Source: Acetatifactor sp.
Lineage (GTDB): Bacteria > Bacillota > Clostridia > Lachnospirales > Lachnospiraceae
Assembly: GCA_051880315.1 (NCBI GenBank)
Contig: JBJENR010000033.1
Location: forward strand, 3,312 to 67,311
Length of the DNA stretch: 64,000 nucleotides
Direction of reading: 5' to 3'
Shown piece after piece: positions 36,788 through 47,661 of this stretch; within the stretch, counting starts at the first letter, position 1; the number at the start of each line of letters is the position of its first letter. The notes beneath the pieces were generated by a model. It worked only from the letters and a program-made list of their open reading frames with translations, was not told the DNA's origin and did not search any database. The position numbers and the translations under genes are program-made.

Positions 36788-38650
36788 CTACATACTCTCC
36801 AGCAGGGCGCAGATACGCTTCACGATACTATCTGCGTCTATACCTGTTTCACGCTTTAATACTTCCACATCTCCGTGTTCCACATATGCGTCAGGGATAC
36901 AGATGTTCAGTAACGGATTCTGCAGACCATTCCTGTTCATGCAGTCCAAAACCTTTTCCCCGTAACCACCGGTCGCAACATTCTCTTCCATGGTAACAAG
37001 GAGCTTGTGACCGGCACAGGCTTCCTTCACAGCCTCTTCGTCAATGGGCTTGACAAATCTGGCATTGACAAGGCTGACGGCATAACCCTTTTCCTTTAAC
37101 AGATTCCGTACTGTTTCTGCCGTCTTTACCATACTGCCCACTGCCAAAAGCACCAGCCCGCTCTCCCTGTAAATCCACTCAGCCTTTCCCATTTCTATGG
37201 GAAGCCTGTATTCCTTTAGCCCGTCATATGCTGTTCCTCTGGGATAGCGAATGGCTATGGGCGCATCCAGATTTACGGCAAATTTCATCATATCCGAAAG
37301 CTCCCATTTGTTCTTGGGCGCACAGACATGCATGTTTGGAATCCCCGTAAGATATGTAAAATCAAAAATTCCCTGATGAGTCTCGCCGTCGCTGCCCACA
37401 AGTCCTGCCCTGTCAACGGCAAACACCACCGGCAGGTTCTGAAGGCAGACATCGTGCAGAATCTGATCATAAGCTCTCTGTAAAAAAGAAGAATAGACTG
37501 CAACAATGGGCTTCATGCCTCCTGCTGCCAGTCCCGCTGCAAAGGTAACCGCATGCTCCTCCGCTATTCCCACATCAAAAAATCTCTCGGGATACATATT
37601 TCGAAACCGCTTCAGTCCCGTACCGTCAGGCATGGCAGCTGTCACTGCCACGATTCTGTCATCCCGCTGTCCCAGCTTACACATAACAGTAGAAAAAATA
37701 TCCGTGTAGCTGGCTGCACTTCTGGGCGTCTTGGGAAGCCCCGTCTCTATTTCAAAAGGACCTGTTCCGTGAAAGCGGGCAGGATGACGCTCCGCCGGGG
37801 CATATCCCTTTCCCTTCTGTGTCAGAACATGAATCAGAACGGCTCCCTCCACACGTCTGGCATCGTTTATCACATTGATGAGTTCGTTGATATTATGACC
37901 GTCTACAGGACCCAGATAGGTAATCCCCATATCCTCAAAAAACATGCCGGGAATCACCAGATGCTTAAAGCTGCTTTTGGCTCTTCGAATGGTATTGATG
38001 GTACTGTTGCCACGCTTGGTTCCCTGAAGAGCATTATAAATCCCCTTCTTCAAATCCAGATACCCCGTGGCTGTCCGGATATTATTCAGATATTTTGATA
38101 CTCCGCCCACATTTTCGGAAATGGACATATTGTTGTCATTCAATACTATAATAAAATTGGTTTGGAGTTTTGAAGCATTGTTCATTGCCTCATATGACAT
38201 ACCTCCGGTGAGAGAACCATCCCCGATGACAGAAACAATGGTATTCTTTTCCCCTTTGATATCTCTTGCCTTTACCAGACCCAGGCCCGCAGAAATAGAA
38301 GTGGAGCTGTGGCCTGTATCAAAGACGTCACATTCACTTTCTTTTCGCTTCGGGAATCCACTCATACCATGGAATTGACGCAGGGTTTCAAAGCCATCCC
38401 TTCTGCCGGTAAGCAACTTATGTGTATAGGACTGATGCCCCACATCCCAGATGATTTTATCCTCCGGCAGATTCAGTGCAAGATGCAGCGCCATAGTCAG
38501 TTCCACTGCCCCCAGATTAGATCCCAGATGCCCCCCTGTCACACTGATTTTCTCAATCAGAAAATTCCTGATTTCCTGGGCAAGTGCTTTCAGGTTCTCA
38601 GGCTCTATTTTCTTTATGTCATTGGTTTTTTCAATGGTTTCCAGGTACAT
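36788..38650 (-). CDS. dxs: 1-deoxy-D-xylulose-5-phosphate synthase
   Basis: GGHLGSNLG, WDVGHQSY, GHSSTSISA, IGDGSLTGG, GIAEEHA; start refined to ATG 38650. Confidence 0.97.
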   Translation of the reverse strand: MYLETIEKTNDIKKIEPENLKALAQEIRNFLIEKISVTGGHLGSNLGAVELTMALHLALNLPEDKIIWDVGHQSYTHKLLTGRRDGFETLRQFHGMSGFPKRKESECDVFDTGHSSTSISAGLGLVKARDIKGEKNTIVSVIGDGSLTGGMSYEAMNNASKLQTNFIIVLNDNNMSISENVGGVSKYLNNIRTATGYLDLKKGIYNALQGTKRGNSTINTIRRAKSSFKHLVIPGMFFEDMGITYLGPVDGHNINELINVINDARRVEGAVLIHVLTQKGKGYAPAERHPARFHGTGPFEIETGLPKTPRSAASYTDIFSTVMCKLGQRDDRIVAVTAAMPDGTGLKRFRNMYPERFFDVGIAEEHAVTFAAGLAAGGMKPIVAVYSSFLQRAYDQILHDVCLQNLPVVFAVDRAGLVGSDGETHQGIFDFTYLTGIPNMHVCAPKNKWELSDMMKFAVNLDAPIAIRYPRGTAYDGLKEYRLPIEMGKAEWIYRESGLVLLAVGSMVKTAETVRNLLKEKGYAVSLVNARFVKPIDEEAVKEACAGHKLLVTMEENVATGGYGEKVLDCMNRNGLQNPLLNICIPDAYVEHGDVEVLKRETGIDADSIVKRICALLESM

Positions 38651-38679
38651 TTGCCCTCTCCATTTCTCTTCCTGCAATT

Positions 38680-39630
38680 TTACTTGCGCCGATGAATCAG
38701 TTCCAGAATCAGCCGCTTCAAAAACGCATTGCCGCTCCCAAAGCTATCCAGTATCCGAACTGCTTCCTCAGACAATTTCTCTACCTCAGCCCCGGCGTTG
38801 TCCAGCCCCTTCAGGGTCACATAGGTCTGTTTGCCATTCAATACATCGCTTCCCACCGGTTTCCCCAGTGTGGCACTGTCACCGATGACATCGAGAATAT
38901 CATCCTGAATCTGAAAGGCAATTCCAATGTTGTAACCGCATTTTTCAAGCCTCTCCAGTTCCTCATCTCCGGCTCCGGCAAGGATTCCCCCCACTGTCAT
39001 GGAGGCCTGAATCAACGCTGCCGTCTTGTGTTCATGAATAAAGAGCAATTGTTCCTCTGTCAGGGGAATTTCCCGGTTTTCTGCTTCTATATCCGCAGTC
39101 TGCCCACCTATCATACCATAGATTCCGGCCTTCCGGGCCAATACCGAAAGCGCCCTTGCCGCTCTGGGAAGATAGTCGACAGGCACGGTACAGTCACTCT
39201 CCTGTGTCCCGCAACCACATAAATCAAAGCTCTTTGCCGCGGTTTCAAATGCATAGTTCAGTAGTCCGTCTCCCGCCAGAATTCCCATGGCCTCCCCATA
39301 GACCGCCCAGGTGGTTTTTTTCCCCCTGCGGTACTCGTCATTGTCCATAGCCGGCAAATCATCATGTACAAGGGAATAGGTATGAATCATTTCTATGGCT
39401 GCCATAAACAGCTCCACAAATTGCCTGTCCTCCGCTTTGCCGCCACAGAGCACAAAGGTTTCCCACATCAACATGGGCCGGAGCCTTTTCCCGCCTGCCC
39501 TGACGCTGTAATTCATTGCTTCCGGCACCGTCCTTTGAATTCCTGTCTCCTCCGGAAGAAACTTTTCCAACATACAGTCTATCTCTTTTGTCTTGTCAGT
39601 CAAAAGGCTCTTGAATTCACTGTTCTCCAT
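38680..39630 (-). CDS. ispA: Polyprenyl (farnesyl-PP) synthase
   Basis: GGKRLRP, HTYSLVHDDLPAMD, FQIQDDILD. Confidence 0.93.
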   Translation of the reverse strand: MENSEFKSLLTDKTKEIDCMLEKFLPEETGIQRTVPEAMNYSVRAGGKRLRPMLMWETFVLCGGKAEDRQFVELFMAAIEMIHTYSLVHDDLPAMDNDEYRRGKKTTWAVYGEAMGILAGDGLLNYAFETAAKSFDLCGCGTQESDCTVPVDYLPRAARALSVLARKAGIYGMIGGQTADIEAENREIPLTEEQLLFIHEHKTAALIQASMTVGGILAGAGDEELERLEKCGYNIGIAFQIQDDILDVIGDSATLGKPVGSDVLNGKQTYVTLKGLDNAGAEVEKLSEEAVRILDSFGSGNAFLKRLILELIHRRK

Positions 39631-39850
39631 TTTCAAATACCTCCAGCCCGCCCTCTTCCGTCAGCTTCAGCACCTGTTTCTCCACTCTGTCAATCTGAGC
39701 ATCACACTGCTTCAGGATAGCCATCCCCTGACTGTAGGCCTGAAAGGCTTCCTCCAGTGGCAGATCCTCCTCGCCAAGCTTTTCTATTGTTTCTTCCAGT
39801 CTTGCAAAGTTCTCTTCCAGACTGAATTCCTGCTCTTTTTTTTCACTCAT
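39617..39850 (-). CDS. xseB: Exodeoxyribonuclease VII small subunit
   Basis: SLEENFARLEETIEKL...LEEAF.AY..G; position after xseA. Confidence 0.93.
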   Translation of the reverse strand: MSEKKEQEFSLEENFARLEETIEKLGEEDLPLEEAFQAYSQGMAILKQCDAQIDRVEKQVLKLTEEGGLEVFENGEQ

Positions 39851-39870
39851 CCCGCTTCTCCCGTCTGCCG

Positions 39871-41082
39871 TTAAACTTCCCCGGACCTTTCACTCACTCT
39901 TGCACCAAACCTTCCGTCACTGACTGTGACGACAATGCTCTGCCCCGGCTTTATCTGGCTTACAGACCGTATATTTCTTCCCTCTTCATCCGACACGAAG
40001 GAATAACCGCTGTTTAGCTTTTCCAGAGGAGAAAGTCCCTTCATCCTCTCGATATAAACAGCCAGTTGATGCCTCCTGTTCCGTAACAGGTAATTCATTC
40101 TGTCCCGCAGCTTGTCCTCGGCACGAATTGCCGTCATTCTCTTCTCCCGAATCCGGCTGGCAGGACTGAAGGCTTTCATTCGCAGTTTCAACTGCTCTGC
40201 CTCCCCGCGACATTCCTGCAGTCTTCGATACATACACTGATTCAACTCTGCTGCCAGTCTTTCCTCCGAACCGATAATCTCCCTGATATCCGCAACTGCC
40301 AGTTCTGCCGCAGCTGAGGGAGTGGGAGCTCTCAAATCCGATACAAAATCAATGATGGTTGTGTCCGTCTCATGTCCCACGGCTGAGATGATCGGCACAG
40401 AACAGTCAAATACCGCCTGGGCCACATCCCTGTCATTAAAAGCCCACAAATCCTCAATGGAGCCGCCGCCACGCCCTACAATCATCACATCCACGCCGAG
40501 CCCTTCCAGGGCACGGATACCGGATATGATACTGGGAACCGCCGCTTCGCCCTGTACCACAGCAGGATAAAGAATCATCTGGACACAGGGATTTCTCCTA
40601 TGGGCAATCTGGATAATATCACGCACTGCTGCTCCCGTATCCGCTGTAACGATTCCCAGGGTTCTGATATATCTTGGAATCGGCTGCTTGTACTCTTTGG
40701 CAAACATCCCCGCTTCTTCCAATTCCCTCTTCAACTGCTCATATTTCTCGTAGAGAAGTCCGTTTCCGTCCAGGGTAATCTGCTTTGCATATAGCTGATA
40801 CTTACCATCCCGCTCATATACATCAACACAACCGCCCACAATCACCTGTTGTCCTTCGGCCAAACGAAAAGAAAGACCCGAACGGCTGCCTGCAAACATG
40901 ACGCAGTTCACTACGCCCTTGGAATCCTTCAACGTAAAATAAATATGTCCCGAGGCATGATATTTACAGTTGCTCACCTCCCCTTTTACAAAAAGGCTCT
41001 GCAACAGATAATCCTGCGTGAACATATTTTTAACATATGCATTCAATTGTCCTACAGTATATACACTTCGAATCTCAATCAC
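39871..41082 (-). CDS. xseA: Exodeoxyribonuclease VII large subunit
   Basis: GEVSN...SGHIYFTLKD, GRGGGSIEDLWAFN, SAVGHETD, APTPSAAAE; GTG start. Confidence 0.96.
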   Translation of the reverse strand: MIEIRSVYTVGQLNAYVKNMFTQDYLLQSLFVKGEVSNCKYHASGHIYFTLKDSKGVVNCVMFAGSRSGLSFRLAEGQQVIVGGCVDVYERDGKYQLYAKQITLDGNGLLYEKYEQLKRELEEAGMFAKEYKQPIPRYIRTLGIVTADTGAAVRDIIQIAHRRNPCVQMILYPAVVQGEAAVPSIISGIRALEGLGVDVMIVGRGGGSIEDLWAFNDRDVAQAVFDCSVPIISAVGHETDTTIIDFVSDLRAPTPSAAAELAVADIREIIGSEERLAAELNQCMYRRLQECRGEAEQLKLRMKAFSPASRIREKRMTAIRAEDKLRDRMNYLLRNRRHQLAVYIERMKGLSPLEKLNSGYSFVSDEEGRNIRSVSQIKPGQSIVVTVSDGRFGARVSERSGEV

Positions 41083-41485
41083 CCAGCTTCATAATCTTAG
41101 CCAGGATGGCATTTACAAAGCTGCCGGAATTTTCCTGGCCGTACTTTTTGGCAATCTCTACCGCCTCATCAATGGCAACGCGCTCCGGTATGTCGTCGTC
41201 ATAGCACATCTCATACACAGCAAGGCGAAGCACGGTAAGCTCCACCTTTCCCATGCGGGTGGTATCCCAGCCCTCCGTGTTGTCATTAATCAGTTTATCT
41301 ATCTCCGGAATCTTCTCGCTGATCATCCTGTATCTTTCACTGATACATTCGGAATCTTTCTCCGCAGTAATACTATCGCTGTTTTCCAGAAACAGCTTTA
41401 TCTGTCCGGGCATATTGTCGGCAGAGTGAAACTCCACCTGAAATAAAAGCATAAATACCTGTTCTCTCAGCTCATGTCGTCCCAT
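41075..41485 (-). CDS. nusB: Transcription antitermination factor NusB
   Basis: RHELRE, LRLAVYE, VAIDEAVEIAKKY, FVNAIL. Confidence 0.95.
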   Translation of the reverse strand: MGRHELREQVFMLLFQVEFHSADNMPGQIKLFLENSDSITAEKDSECISERYRMISEKIPEIDKLINDNTEGWDTTRMGKVELTVLRLAVYEMCYDDDIPERVAIDEAVEIAKKYGQENSGSFVNAILAKIMKLGD

Positions 41486-41505
41486 AGTAGAAATCCTTTT
41501 TCGCC

Positions 41506-41865
41506 TTACGCTTTTTTTACTTTGACACCTGCAATGCGGATATTCACATCCGAACAGGTAAGTCCCGTCATATTCTCGATTGCAGCCTTAACCTTCGCCT
41601 GGACCTTCTGACAGGTGGCAGGAATGTTATAGCCATATTCGATGATAACGGCAAGACAAACGGTAACATTGCCCTCCAGCACATCCACGCGGACACCCTT
41701 TGTCAGTTTCTTCACTCCCATCTTGCTGCCCATGGCACTGACACCCTCTACCTCAGTGGCAGCCAGAGTAGCTATCATTGCGACCACATCATCGGCAATC
41801 TGCACTACTCCCACATTTTCCTCTTCCTTCAAAACAACATTTCCTTTATCTGTTTCTTTCTCCAT
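41506..41865 (-). CDS. Asp23/Gls24 family protein (YqhY-like)
   Basis: VQIADDVVAMIA...EVEGV...AIENMTGLTCSDVNIRIAGV; upstream of nusB. Confidence 0.9.
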   Translation of the reverse strand: MEKETDKGNVVLKEEENVGVVQIADDVVAMIATLAATEVEGVSAMGSKMGVKKLTKGVRVDVLEGNVTVCLAVIIEYGYNIPATCQKVQAKVKAAIENMTGLTCSDVNIRIAGVKVKKA

Positions 41866-41925
41866 ATGAACTTCCTCCTGAATCGCTGTTACATCAATTA
41901 ACTAATAACAAGTATATCACAAACC

Positions 41926-43242
41926 TTATCCGTTTGTCATCCAAAAAGTCAGAGACAGCTGTTTGTTGTTCTGGGCATAAGCAATGCTGTTTCCGCTGTC
42001 CAGAAAATCAAATATTTCCTGCTGTTCAATCAACCTGTTTATCACCTCGCCATAGCATTCCTCATCGGAACATTTTATGGTGACATCCGTCCGGCCCTGA
42101 CTTCTGGCTTTTTCAATCAGAGCCTGTACCTGATTTCTGTCATAGGCTGTAAAATAAGCCCCTTCTCTGTAATAGTAATTGGCATCCCTGGACACACAGG
42201 CAGGCATGGGCACACAGTTATCAATGGTATGTGTCTTCAAAAGCTCCTCTGTGGTCACATTCAGATAATCATAGTTAATCTCCGGCATGGATTGCTGCCC
42301 CTGGGCACTATTGCTGTCAATCTTATAGGAGGCATCTCCCCAGGTGGCATCGAGATAATAATAGCTTCCGTCAATCTTCACCAGATTCCAGGCATGTCCC
42401 TCTCCCGTGTCCACCGTTCCAAGCACAAGTGTACTCTCCATTCCAAGCCGGTTCAGCAGGAACTGAACGGCCTTGGCATATCCCTGGCAGACTGACCTTC
42501 TGTTGATAAACACAGAATAAATATTCTGATTGTCCGATGCACTTAAATCATATTCTGTATTTCTGATAATGGTATCATAAATATATTTCACTTTCGTATA
42601 CTGGTCCGCATCCCCGCTGATACCGGCCAGAATCTCGTTGGCTGCACTGTCTATCCGGGCCAGCCTCTCCCCCACAGTCTCCTCATCGGCAATGTAGGAG
42701 CCTGAAAACTTAATGGAAACCAGCTTATCCCCCCGGGTATATTTTGTATAAGAATAACCATCCACATAAAAAAGCTCAGGGTGGTCATTTAATACACATT
42801 GAAAAATCCTGTCAATATCCGCCTCGGCAAGTCCGGCTTCTATGCCCTTCCTGTCCAGTTCAATATCCTTTCCCAGGGTACCGAGACCAAGACTGATGTC
42901 TTGATACCACAGCAATTCGTTTTCATTCAGATATTGTCTGGCATATTCATATGCATCCGCGCTGAGAAAGCACTCCTCCGGCTCCCTCTGTGTATCATCG
43001 TTTTCCGCCGTCCCGCTTTCATCTTCCCCATTTCCATCCCCTGAAGTCGTCGTGTGGGAATCCACCTCTGTGGCCTGGAACTGCTTTGATGACGTACTCT
43101 CACTGTATTCTTCCCCGACAGAAACCTCCGAAACCTTATAATCCCTGACCACATCGTCCAGAATGGATTCAGCTGCGCACCCGCACAACAGACAGCAGAG
43201 GACTACCGGTAGGATTCTGATGTACTTAATAATCTTTTTCAT
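41926..43242 (-). CDS. Transglutaminase-like domain lipoprotein
   Basis: Lipobox LLCGC; triad motifs SVCQGYAKA, HAWN, YYLDATW. Confidence 0.85.
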   Translation of the reverse strand: MKKIIKYIRILPVVLCCLLCGCAAESILDDVVRDYKVSEVSVGEEYSESTSSKQFQATEVDSHTTTSGDGNGEDESGTAENDDTQREPEECFLSADAYEYARQYLNENELLWYQDISLGLGTLGKDIELDRKGIEAGLAEADIDRIFQCVLNDHPELFYVDGYSYTKYTRGDKLVSIKFSGSYIADEETVGERLARIDSAANEILAGISGDADQYTKVKYIYDTIIRNTEYDLSASDNQNIYSVFINRRSVCQGYAKAVQFLLNRLGMESTLVLGTVDTGEGHAWNLVKIDGSYYYLDATWGDASYKIDSNSAQGQQSMPEINYDYLNVTTEELLKTHTIDNCVPMPACVSRDANYYYREGAYFTAYDRNQVQALIEKARSQGRTDVTIKCSDEECYGEVINRLIEQQEIFDFLDSGNSIAYAQNNKQLSLTFWMTNG

Positions 43243-43256
43243 GCCTTATCTCCTGC

Positions 43257-44852
43257 TTAATTTCTTGAAAACTCCGTCAGAACAAGTCCTTTATTTCGGT
43301 CAATAGTCATCCCGATGCTCCATGGATTGACAAACAAAAGCAACGGGTTCCCCTTCATGTCCTTCACCTTCTTCATGTCCGATGTGCCCGTCAGCTTATT
43401 GATGTCAATTTCATCCTTATTCTCAATCCAACGGATATGCTCATAGGGCAGATTCTCCAGGCGGATTTCAACATTGTATTCATTTTCAAGCCGGTATTTG
43501 AGCACATCAAACTGCAGAACGCCCACAACACCCACGATAATCTCTTCAAGTCCCATATTGAGCTCCTGAAAAATCTGGATGGCACCTTCCTGGGCAATCT
43601 GCTCAATCCCCTTTACAAACTGCTTTCTCTTCATGGTATCCAGCTGTCTGACTCTGGCGAAATGCTCGGGAGCAAAGGTAGGTATTCCCTCGTATTGGAA
43701 TTTTTCCCGGGGCATACAAAGAGTATCACCGATGGAAAAAATCCCCGGGTCAAACACACCGATAATATCTCCCGCATAAGCCTCTGTCAGGATTTTACGC
43801 TCGTCTGCCATAATCTGTTGAGGCTGGGAAAGCCGCATCACCTTGCCGCCCTGGACATGGCGTACCTCCATATTTGCGTCATATCTGCCGGAGCAGATTC
43901 GCATAAAGGCGATCCTGTCTCTGTGCGCCTTGTTCATATTTGCCTGGATTTTGAACACAAATGCACTGAATTCATTCTCCGTCGGTTCTATCATGCCGAT
44001 ATCCGCTTTTCTCGGCAGCGGAGTGGTTGCCATCTTAAGAAAGTGCTTCAGGAATATTTCTACGCCGAAATTGGTCAGTGCAGAGCCGAAACAGACAGGT
44101 GTCAGCTTTCCGGCCCGCACCTGTTCCAGATTGAATTCTGCACTTGCTCCGTCAAGCAGCTCTATCTCCTCGAGAAGCTTGTCCGCAGCTTCTTCTCCCA
44201 CAAGCCTTCGAAGTTCCTCTTCCTCCTCCACCGAAACCTCTATTGCAGTTCCTTCCTTGGTTCCCTTTTCCGTACCGGAATAAGAGATGACACAATTCTT
44301 CTCCCTGTCATAAACTCCCTTAAAGTCTTTTCCGGAACCGATAGGCCAATTGACGGGACAGGTGGCAATCCCCAGTTCCTTCTCAATATCGTCAAGCAAC
44401 TCAAAGGTATCTCTGGCATCACGGTCCATCTTATTGATGAAGGTAAAAATCGGAATACCGCGCATGCCACAGACCTTAAACAGCTTTCTGGTCTGGGCTT
44501 CCACACCCTTGGATGCATCGATTACCATGACTGCCGAATCCGCCGCCATCAGCGTACGATAAGTATCCTCCGAGAAGTCCTGGTGCCCCGGCGTGTCCAA
44601 AATGTTGATACAATAGCCGTCATACTCAAACTGAAGAACGGAAGAGGTGACGGAAATCCCCCTCTCCTTCTCAATCTCCATCCAGTCCGACACCGCGTGT
44701 CTTGCGGTAGCCTTTCCCTTAACACTGCCGGCCAGATTGATAGCTCCGCCGTAAAGCAGAAACTTCTCCGTAAGGGTCGTCTTACCTGCGTCAGGATGGG
44801 AGATAATCGCAAAGGTGCGGCGACGGTTGATTTCTTCTGTATAATTACTCAC
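43257..44852 (-). CDS. prfC: Peptide chain release factor 3
   Basis: RRRTFAIISHPDAGKTT, ERGISVTSS, DTPGHQDFSED, VGVLQFDV; GTG start. Confidence 0.97.
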   Translation of the reverse strand: MSNYTEEINRRRTFAIISHPDAGKTTLTEKFLLYGGAINLAGSVKGKATARHAVSDWMEIEKERGISVTSSVLQFEYDGYCINILDTPGHQDFSEDTYRTLMAADSAVMVIDASKGVEAQTRKLFKVCGMRGIPIFTFINKMDRDARDTFELLDDIEKELGIATCPVNWPIGSGKDFKGVYDREKNCVISYSGTEKGTKEGTAIEVSVEEEEELRRLVGEEAADKLLEEIELLDGASAEFNLEQVRAGKLTPVCFGSALTNFGVEIFLKHFLKMATTPLPRKADIGMIEPTENEFSAFVFKIQANMNKAHRDRIAFMRICSGRYDANMEVRHVQGGKVMRLSQPQQIMADERKILTEAYAGDIIGVFDPGIFSIGDTLCMPREKFQYEGIPTFAPEHFARVRQLDTMKRKQFVKGIEQIAQEGAIQIFQELNMGLEEIIVGVVGVLQFDVLKYRLENEYNVEIRLENLPYEHIRWIENKDEIDINKLTGTSDMKKVKDMKGNPLLLFVNPWSIGMTIDRNKGLVLTEFSRN

Positions 44853-44921
44853 TGTAAGCTCCTCCGTGTTCTTTTTGTCTGCGCCGGGTGCAAAGAAACC
44901 GCCATTATTTTACAGGGACCA

Positions 44922-46076
44922 CTAAAGCATACTCTCCCCCTCAAACTCCGGCACAATACCAAAATATTGTAACACAGTAGCCCCTATATCGGCAAATGTT
45001 TTTCTTGTGCCGAGATTTCGAGGCTTCACTCCCTGTCCGTACATGAGAAAAGGGGTGTACTCCCTGGTGTGATCCGTGGTTGCAGTATATGCGGGATCGC
45101 AGCCATGGTCAGCTGTCATCATCAGAATATCCTCAGGGCCCATCTTCGCCATGATTTCCGGCAGTTTTCCATCAAAATAAGCCAATGCTTCGGCATAGCC
45201 GTCCACGTCCCTTCGATGTCCGTAAAGCATATCATAATCCACCAGATTAACGAAGCAAAGTCCCTCAAAATCCTTGTCCAGATATTCCAGAGTCCTCTCG
45301 ATTCCCTCTGCATTTCCGGAGGTATATACCGCCTCGGTAATTCCCTTTCCCGCAAAAATATCCTTTATTTTCCCTACCGCTATCACATCCCTGCCCTCAG
45401 CCTTCAGCTGGTCCAGCATCGTGACGGCAGGTGGCAGGATAGAGAAATCGTGACGTCTCGAGGTTCTCGTAAAGGGTCCGCCTGCAGGTCCGATAAAGGG
45501 TCTGGCAATTACCCTGCCCACACCATGCTCCCCCTGCAGAATCTCCCTGGCGATACGGCAATACTCATACAACTTCTCCACGGGAACAACCTCCTCATGT
45601 GCCGCTATCTGGAATACACTGTCTGCTGATGTATAAACAATCAGCTTCCCCGTACGCATATGGATATCCCCGTATTCCTGTATCACCGCCGTCCCTGAAT
45701 AGGGGCGATTGCAGAGTACTCCTCTGCCGGTTTTTAAAGTGAATTCCTTCAGCACCTCCTCCGGAAAGCCCTGGGGGTAAACAGGAAGAGATCTGGGGGA
45801 ATAAATTCCCGCAATCTCCCAATGACCGATGGTGGTGTCCTTCCCTTTGGAGCGCTCCTTCATACGGGCAATTACCGCCGAATGCTCTCCCTTCTTCCTT
45901 CCCACTGTAACGCCCTCTATGTCAAACAACCCAAGTTCTCTCATATTGGGCATATGAAAATACCTGCTGGCGGATACGCTTCTCAGGGTATTAACATTGA
46001 TATCGCCGTAAGAAGCCGCATCCTCCAGCTCACCGATTCCGAAACTGTCCAGTACTATCAGAAACACTCTTTTCAT
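44922..46076 (-). CDS. deoB: Phosphopentomutase
   Basis: LIVLDSFGIG, GKDTTIGHWE, YTSADSVFQIAAHE, DMLYGHRRD, TADHGCDP; start refined to 46076. Confidence 0.96.
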   Translation of the reverse strand: MKRVFLIVLDSFGIGELEDAASYGDINVNTLRSVSASRYFHMPNMRELGLFDIEGVTVGRKKGEHSAVIARMKERSKGKDTTIGHWEIAGIYSPRSLPVYPQGFPEEVLKEFTLKTGRGVLCNRPYSGTAVIQEYGDIHMRTGKLIVYTSADSVFQIAAHEEVVPVEKLYEYCRIAREILQGEHGVGRVIARPFIGPAGGPFTRTSRRHDFSILPPAVTMLDQLKAEGRDVIAVGKIKDIFAGKGITEAVYTSGNAEGIERTLEYLDKDFEGLCFVNLVDYDMLYGHRRDVDGYAEALAYFDGKLPEIMAKMGPEDILMMTADHGCDPAYTATTDHTREYTPFLMYGQGVKPRNLGTRKTFADIGATVLQYFGIVPEFEGESML

Positions 46077-46157
46077 AATCCAGCGTCCTTTCAAAAATAT
46101 CTTTAGTTTACTATACCATACTTGATATGTATTTTATACACTTTTTTCCAAAAGCAT

Positions 46158-46913
46158 TCAATCTGACAGTGTACTGATGATGATATTCTCAGGAGAAACA
46201 TTCGTCTTGCGTTTCACGATGTCCTCAATCTGTGCTCTCTGCGCATCATCCAGTGCCGCTGCATTGACAACCACATCTACGGTATCACCGTTCACACTCA
46301 CCACTACATCAGAAAACCCTTTTGCCTCCAGAAGAATTTCGGCAGCCGATTCTTTTTCCGCAATCTCCGTCATTTTCACCATGCTGTCCACAGCCTGCTG
46401 TTTCTGGGCATCCGTCAGCCCTGCACTGTTGATGATTTCCAATAGGGTTTCCTTATTTTTGGCCCTGGTCTGTTCCTTCAACAGTTTGGCCTCCGACAGG
46501 ATAGCCACTCCATTAGCAGAGGTGAATACTGCCTCCCCGGGAATTTCGCCCTCTCCGGGAGTGTTCTTCGCCTGACCGCCCGCAGCCGTGTCTTTGGAAA
46601 GCTGAAAATCAGCATCAAGATAGTTTTCTACAGGCTCATCCTCCAGGTCGGAATCCAAAGCGGAAATCTCCGTCACACCTTCCTGCAGCAGATCCTCCGC
46701 AGACAGGTCCAGCAGATCCCCTGCAGTATAATTTTCCGTAACGATACCGCCCGACCCCGCCATGCTGACATCTCCTGCATACACGTTACCATCATCCACC
46801 ATGAGATATTCATCCTCCAGGTCACTCCCTGCAAATTGCAGGTATCCTGCAATGGCAATCATGATTGCCAAGGCAGTTATCATAAGCTGATTTTTCTTGA
46901 TTAGGTTTTTCAC
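46158..46913 (-). CDS. spoIIIAH: Stage III sporulation protein AH
   Basis: KKNQLMITALAIMIAIAGYL; EILLEAKGFSDVVV...AQIEDIVKRKT; last gene of the spoIIIA run. Confidence 0.92.
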   Translation of the reverse strand: MKNLIKKNQLMITALAIMIAIAGYLQFAGSDLEDEYLMVDDGNVYAGDVSMAGSGGIVTENYTAGDLLDLSAEDLLQEGVTEISALDSDLEDEPVENYLDADFQLSKDTAAGGQAKNTPGEGEIPGEAVFTSANGVAILSEAKLLKEQTRAKNKETLLEIINSAGLTDAQKQQAVDSMVKMTEIAEKESAAEILLEAKGFSDVVVSVNGDTVDVVVNAAALDDAQRAQIEDIVKRKTNVSPENIIISTLSD

Positions 46914-46932
46914 ATTCTACCCCTTCTTTACG

Positions 46933-46968
46933 TTTTACTGTTTTATTGTATGAGCTCCGCAGAGGATA
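46933..46968 (-). promoter_or_regulatory. Candidate sigma-E-type promoter upstream of spoIIIAH
   Basis: Minus strand TCATA-14 nt-CATACAAT; the -10 matches the sigma-E consensus, but the spacing is shorter than canonical. Coordinates are approximate. Confidence 0.4.
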
Positions 46969-46979
46969 TATGAGTATAA

Positions 46980-47642
46980 TTAATTGGATTGTACCTCCAT
47001 TTTCACCACCTTGATCTTGTGGGCATCCACGCCAAACAAGGCACTGACCGCATCCGTAATGGTTCTGTTGACGGTGCCGTTTCCCGCGCCCTCAGCCACC
47101 ACCAGCACCCCCTCTATCCGGGGCACATATGTCATTACCACATAGGGCACGCTTTCATTTCCGGAGGTGCTGTATATCACCGTTTCTCCATATTCCTCGG
47201 TGCTGACACTTCTGTTTCCCCCCTGCGCATCGGTCTCAGTGGTAGAGGATTTGTTTATGGGGTTTTCCTTTTCCACCACCAGCTCTGCGGAGGATTTCAA
47301 TGTAATCATCACATTCACCCTGCCAACGCCTGCCATACCCGAGAGCACCTCTGTCAGCTTTTTCTCCAGGTCCGAGGCATAGTCCAGGTCAATATTCCCC
47401 ATACTCTCGGCACCTGCCTGTCCCTGCACCGAAGAACCTTCCTGCATGGAAGGACTGTAAGACTGCAGTTCTCCTCCAAATTCTTTCATGGTTCCTGTCT
47501 GCTCCCCGTTCTTCTCCTTGTTCACGGGCAGGACAACCACAAAAAGAAGAATCCCTGCCAGAATCAGAATCAGCATATTATCTTTGCGCATAATTTTTTT
47601 CAGCTTCTCTTTATCAAGCCACTTATTTAGATATTTTTCCAT
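46980..47642 (-). CDS. spoIIIAG: Stage III sporulation protein AG
   Basis: GVGRVNVMITL...PRIEGVLVVAEGAG...ALFGVDAHKIKVVKM. Confidence 0.93.
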   Translation of the reverse strand: MEKYLNKWLDKEKLKKIMRKDNMLILILAGILLFVVVLPVNKEKNGEQTGTMKEFGGELQSYSPSMQEGSSVQGQAGAESMGNIDLDYASDLEKKLTEVLSGMAGVGRVNVMITLKSSAELVVEKENPINKSSTTETDAQGGNRSVSTEEYGETVIYSTSGNESVPYVVMTYVPRIEGVLVVAEGAGNGTVNRTITDAVSALFGVDAHKIKVVKMEVQSN

Positions 47643-47661
47643 CCTGCTCCTCTATGCTGCA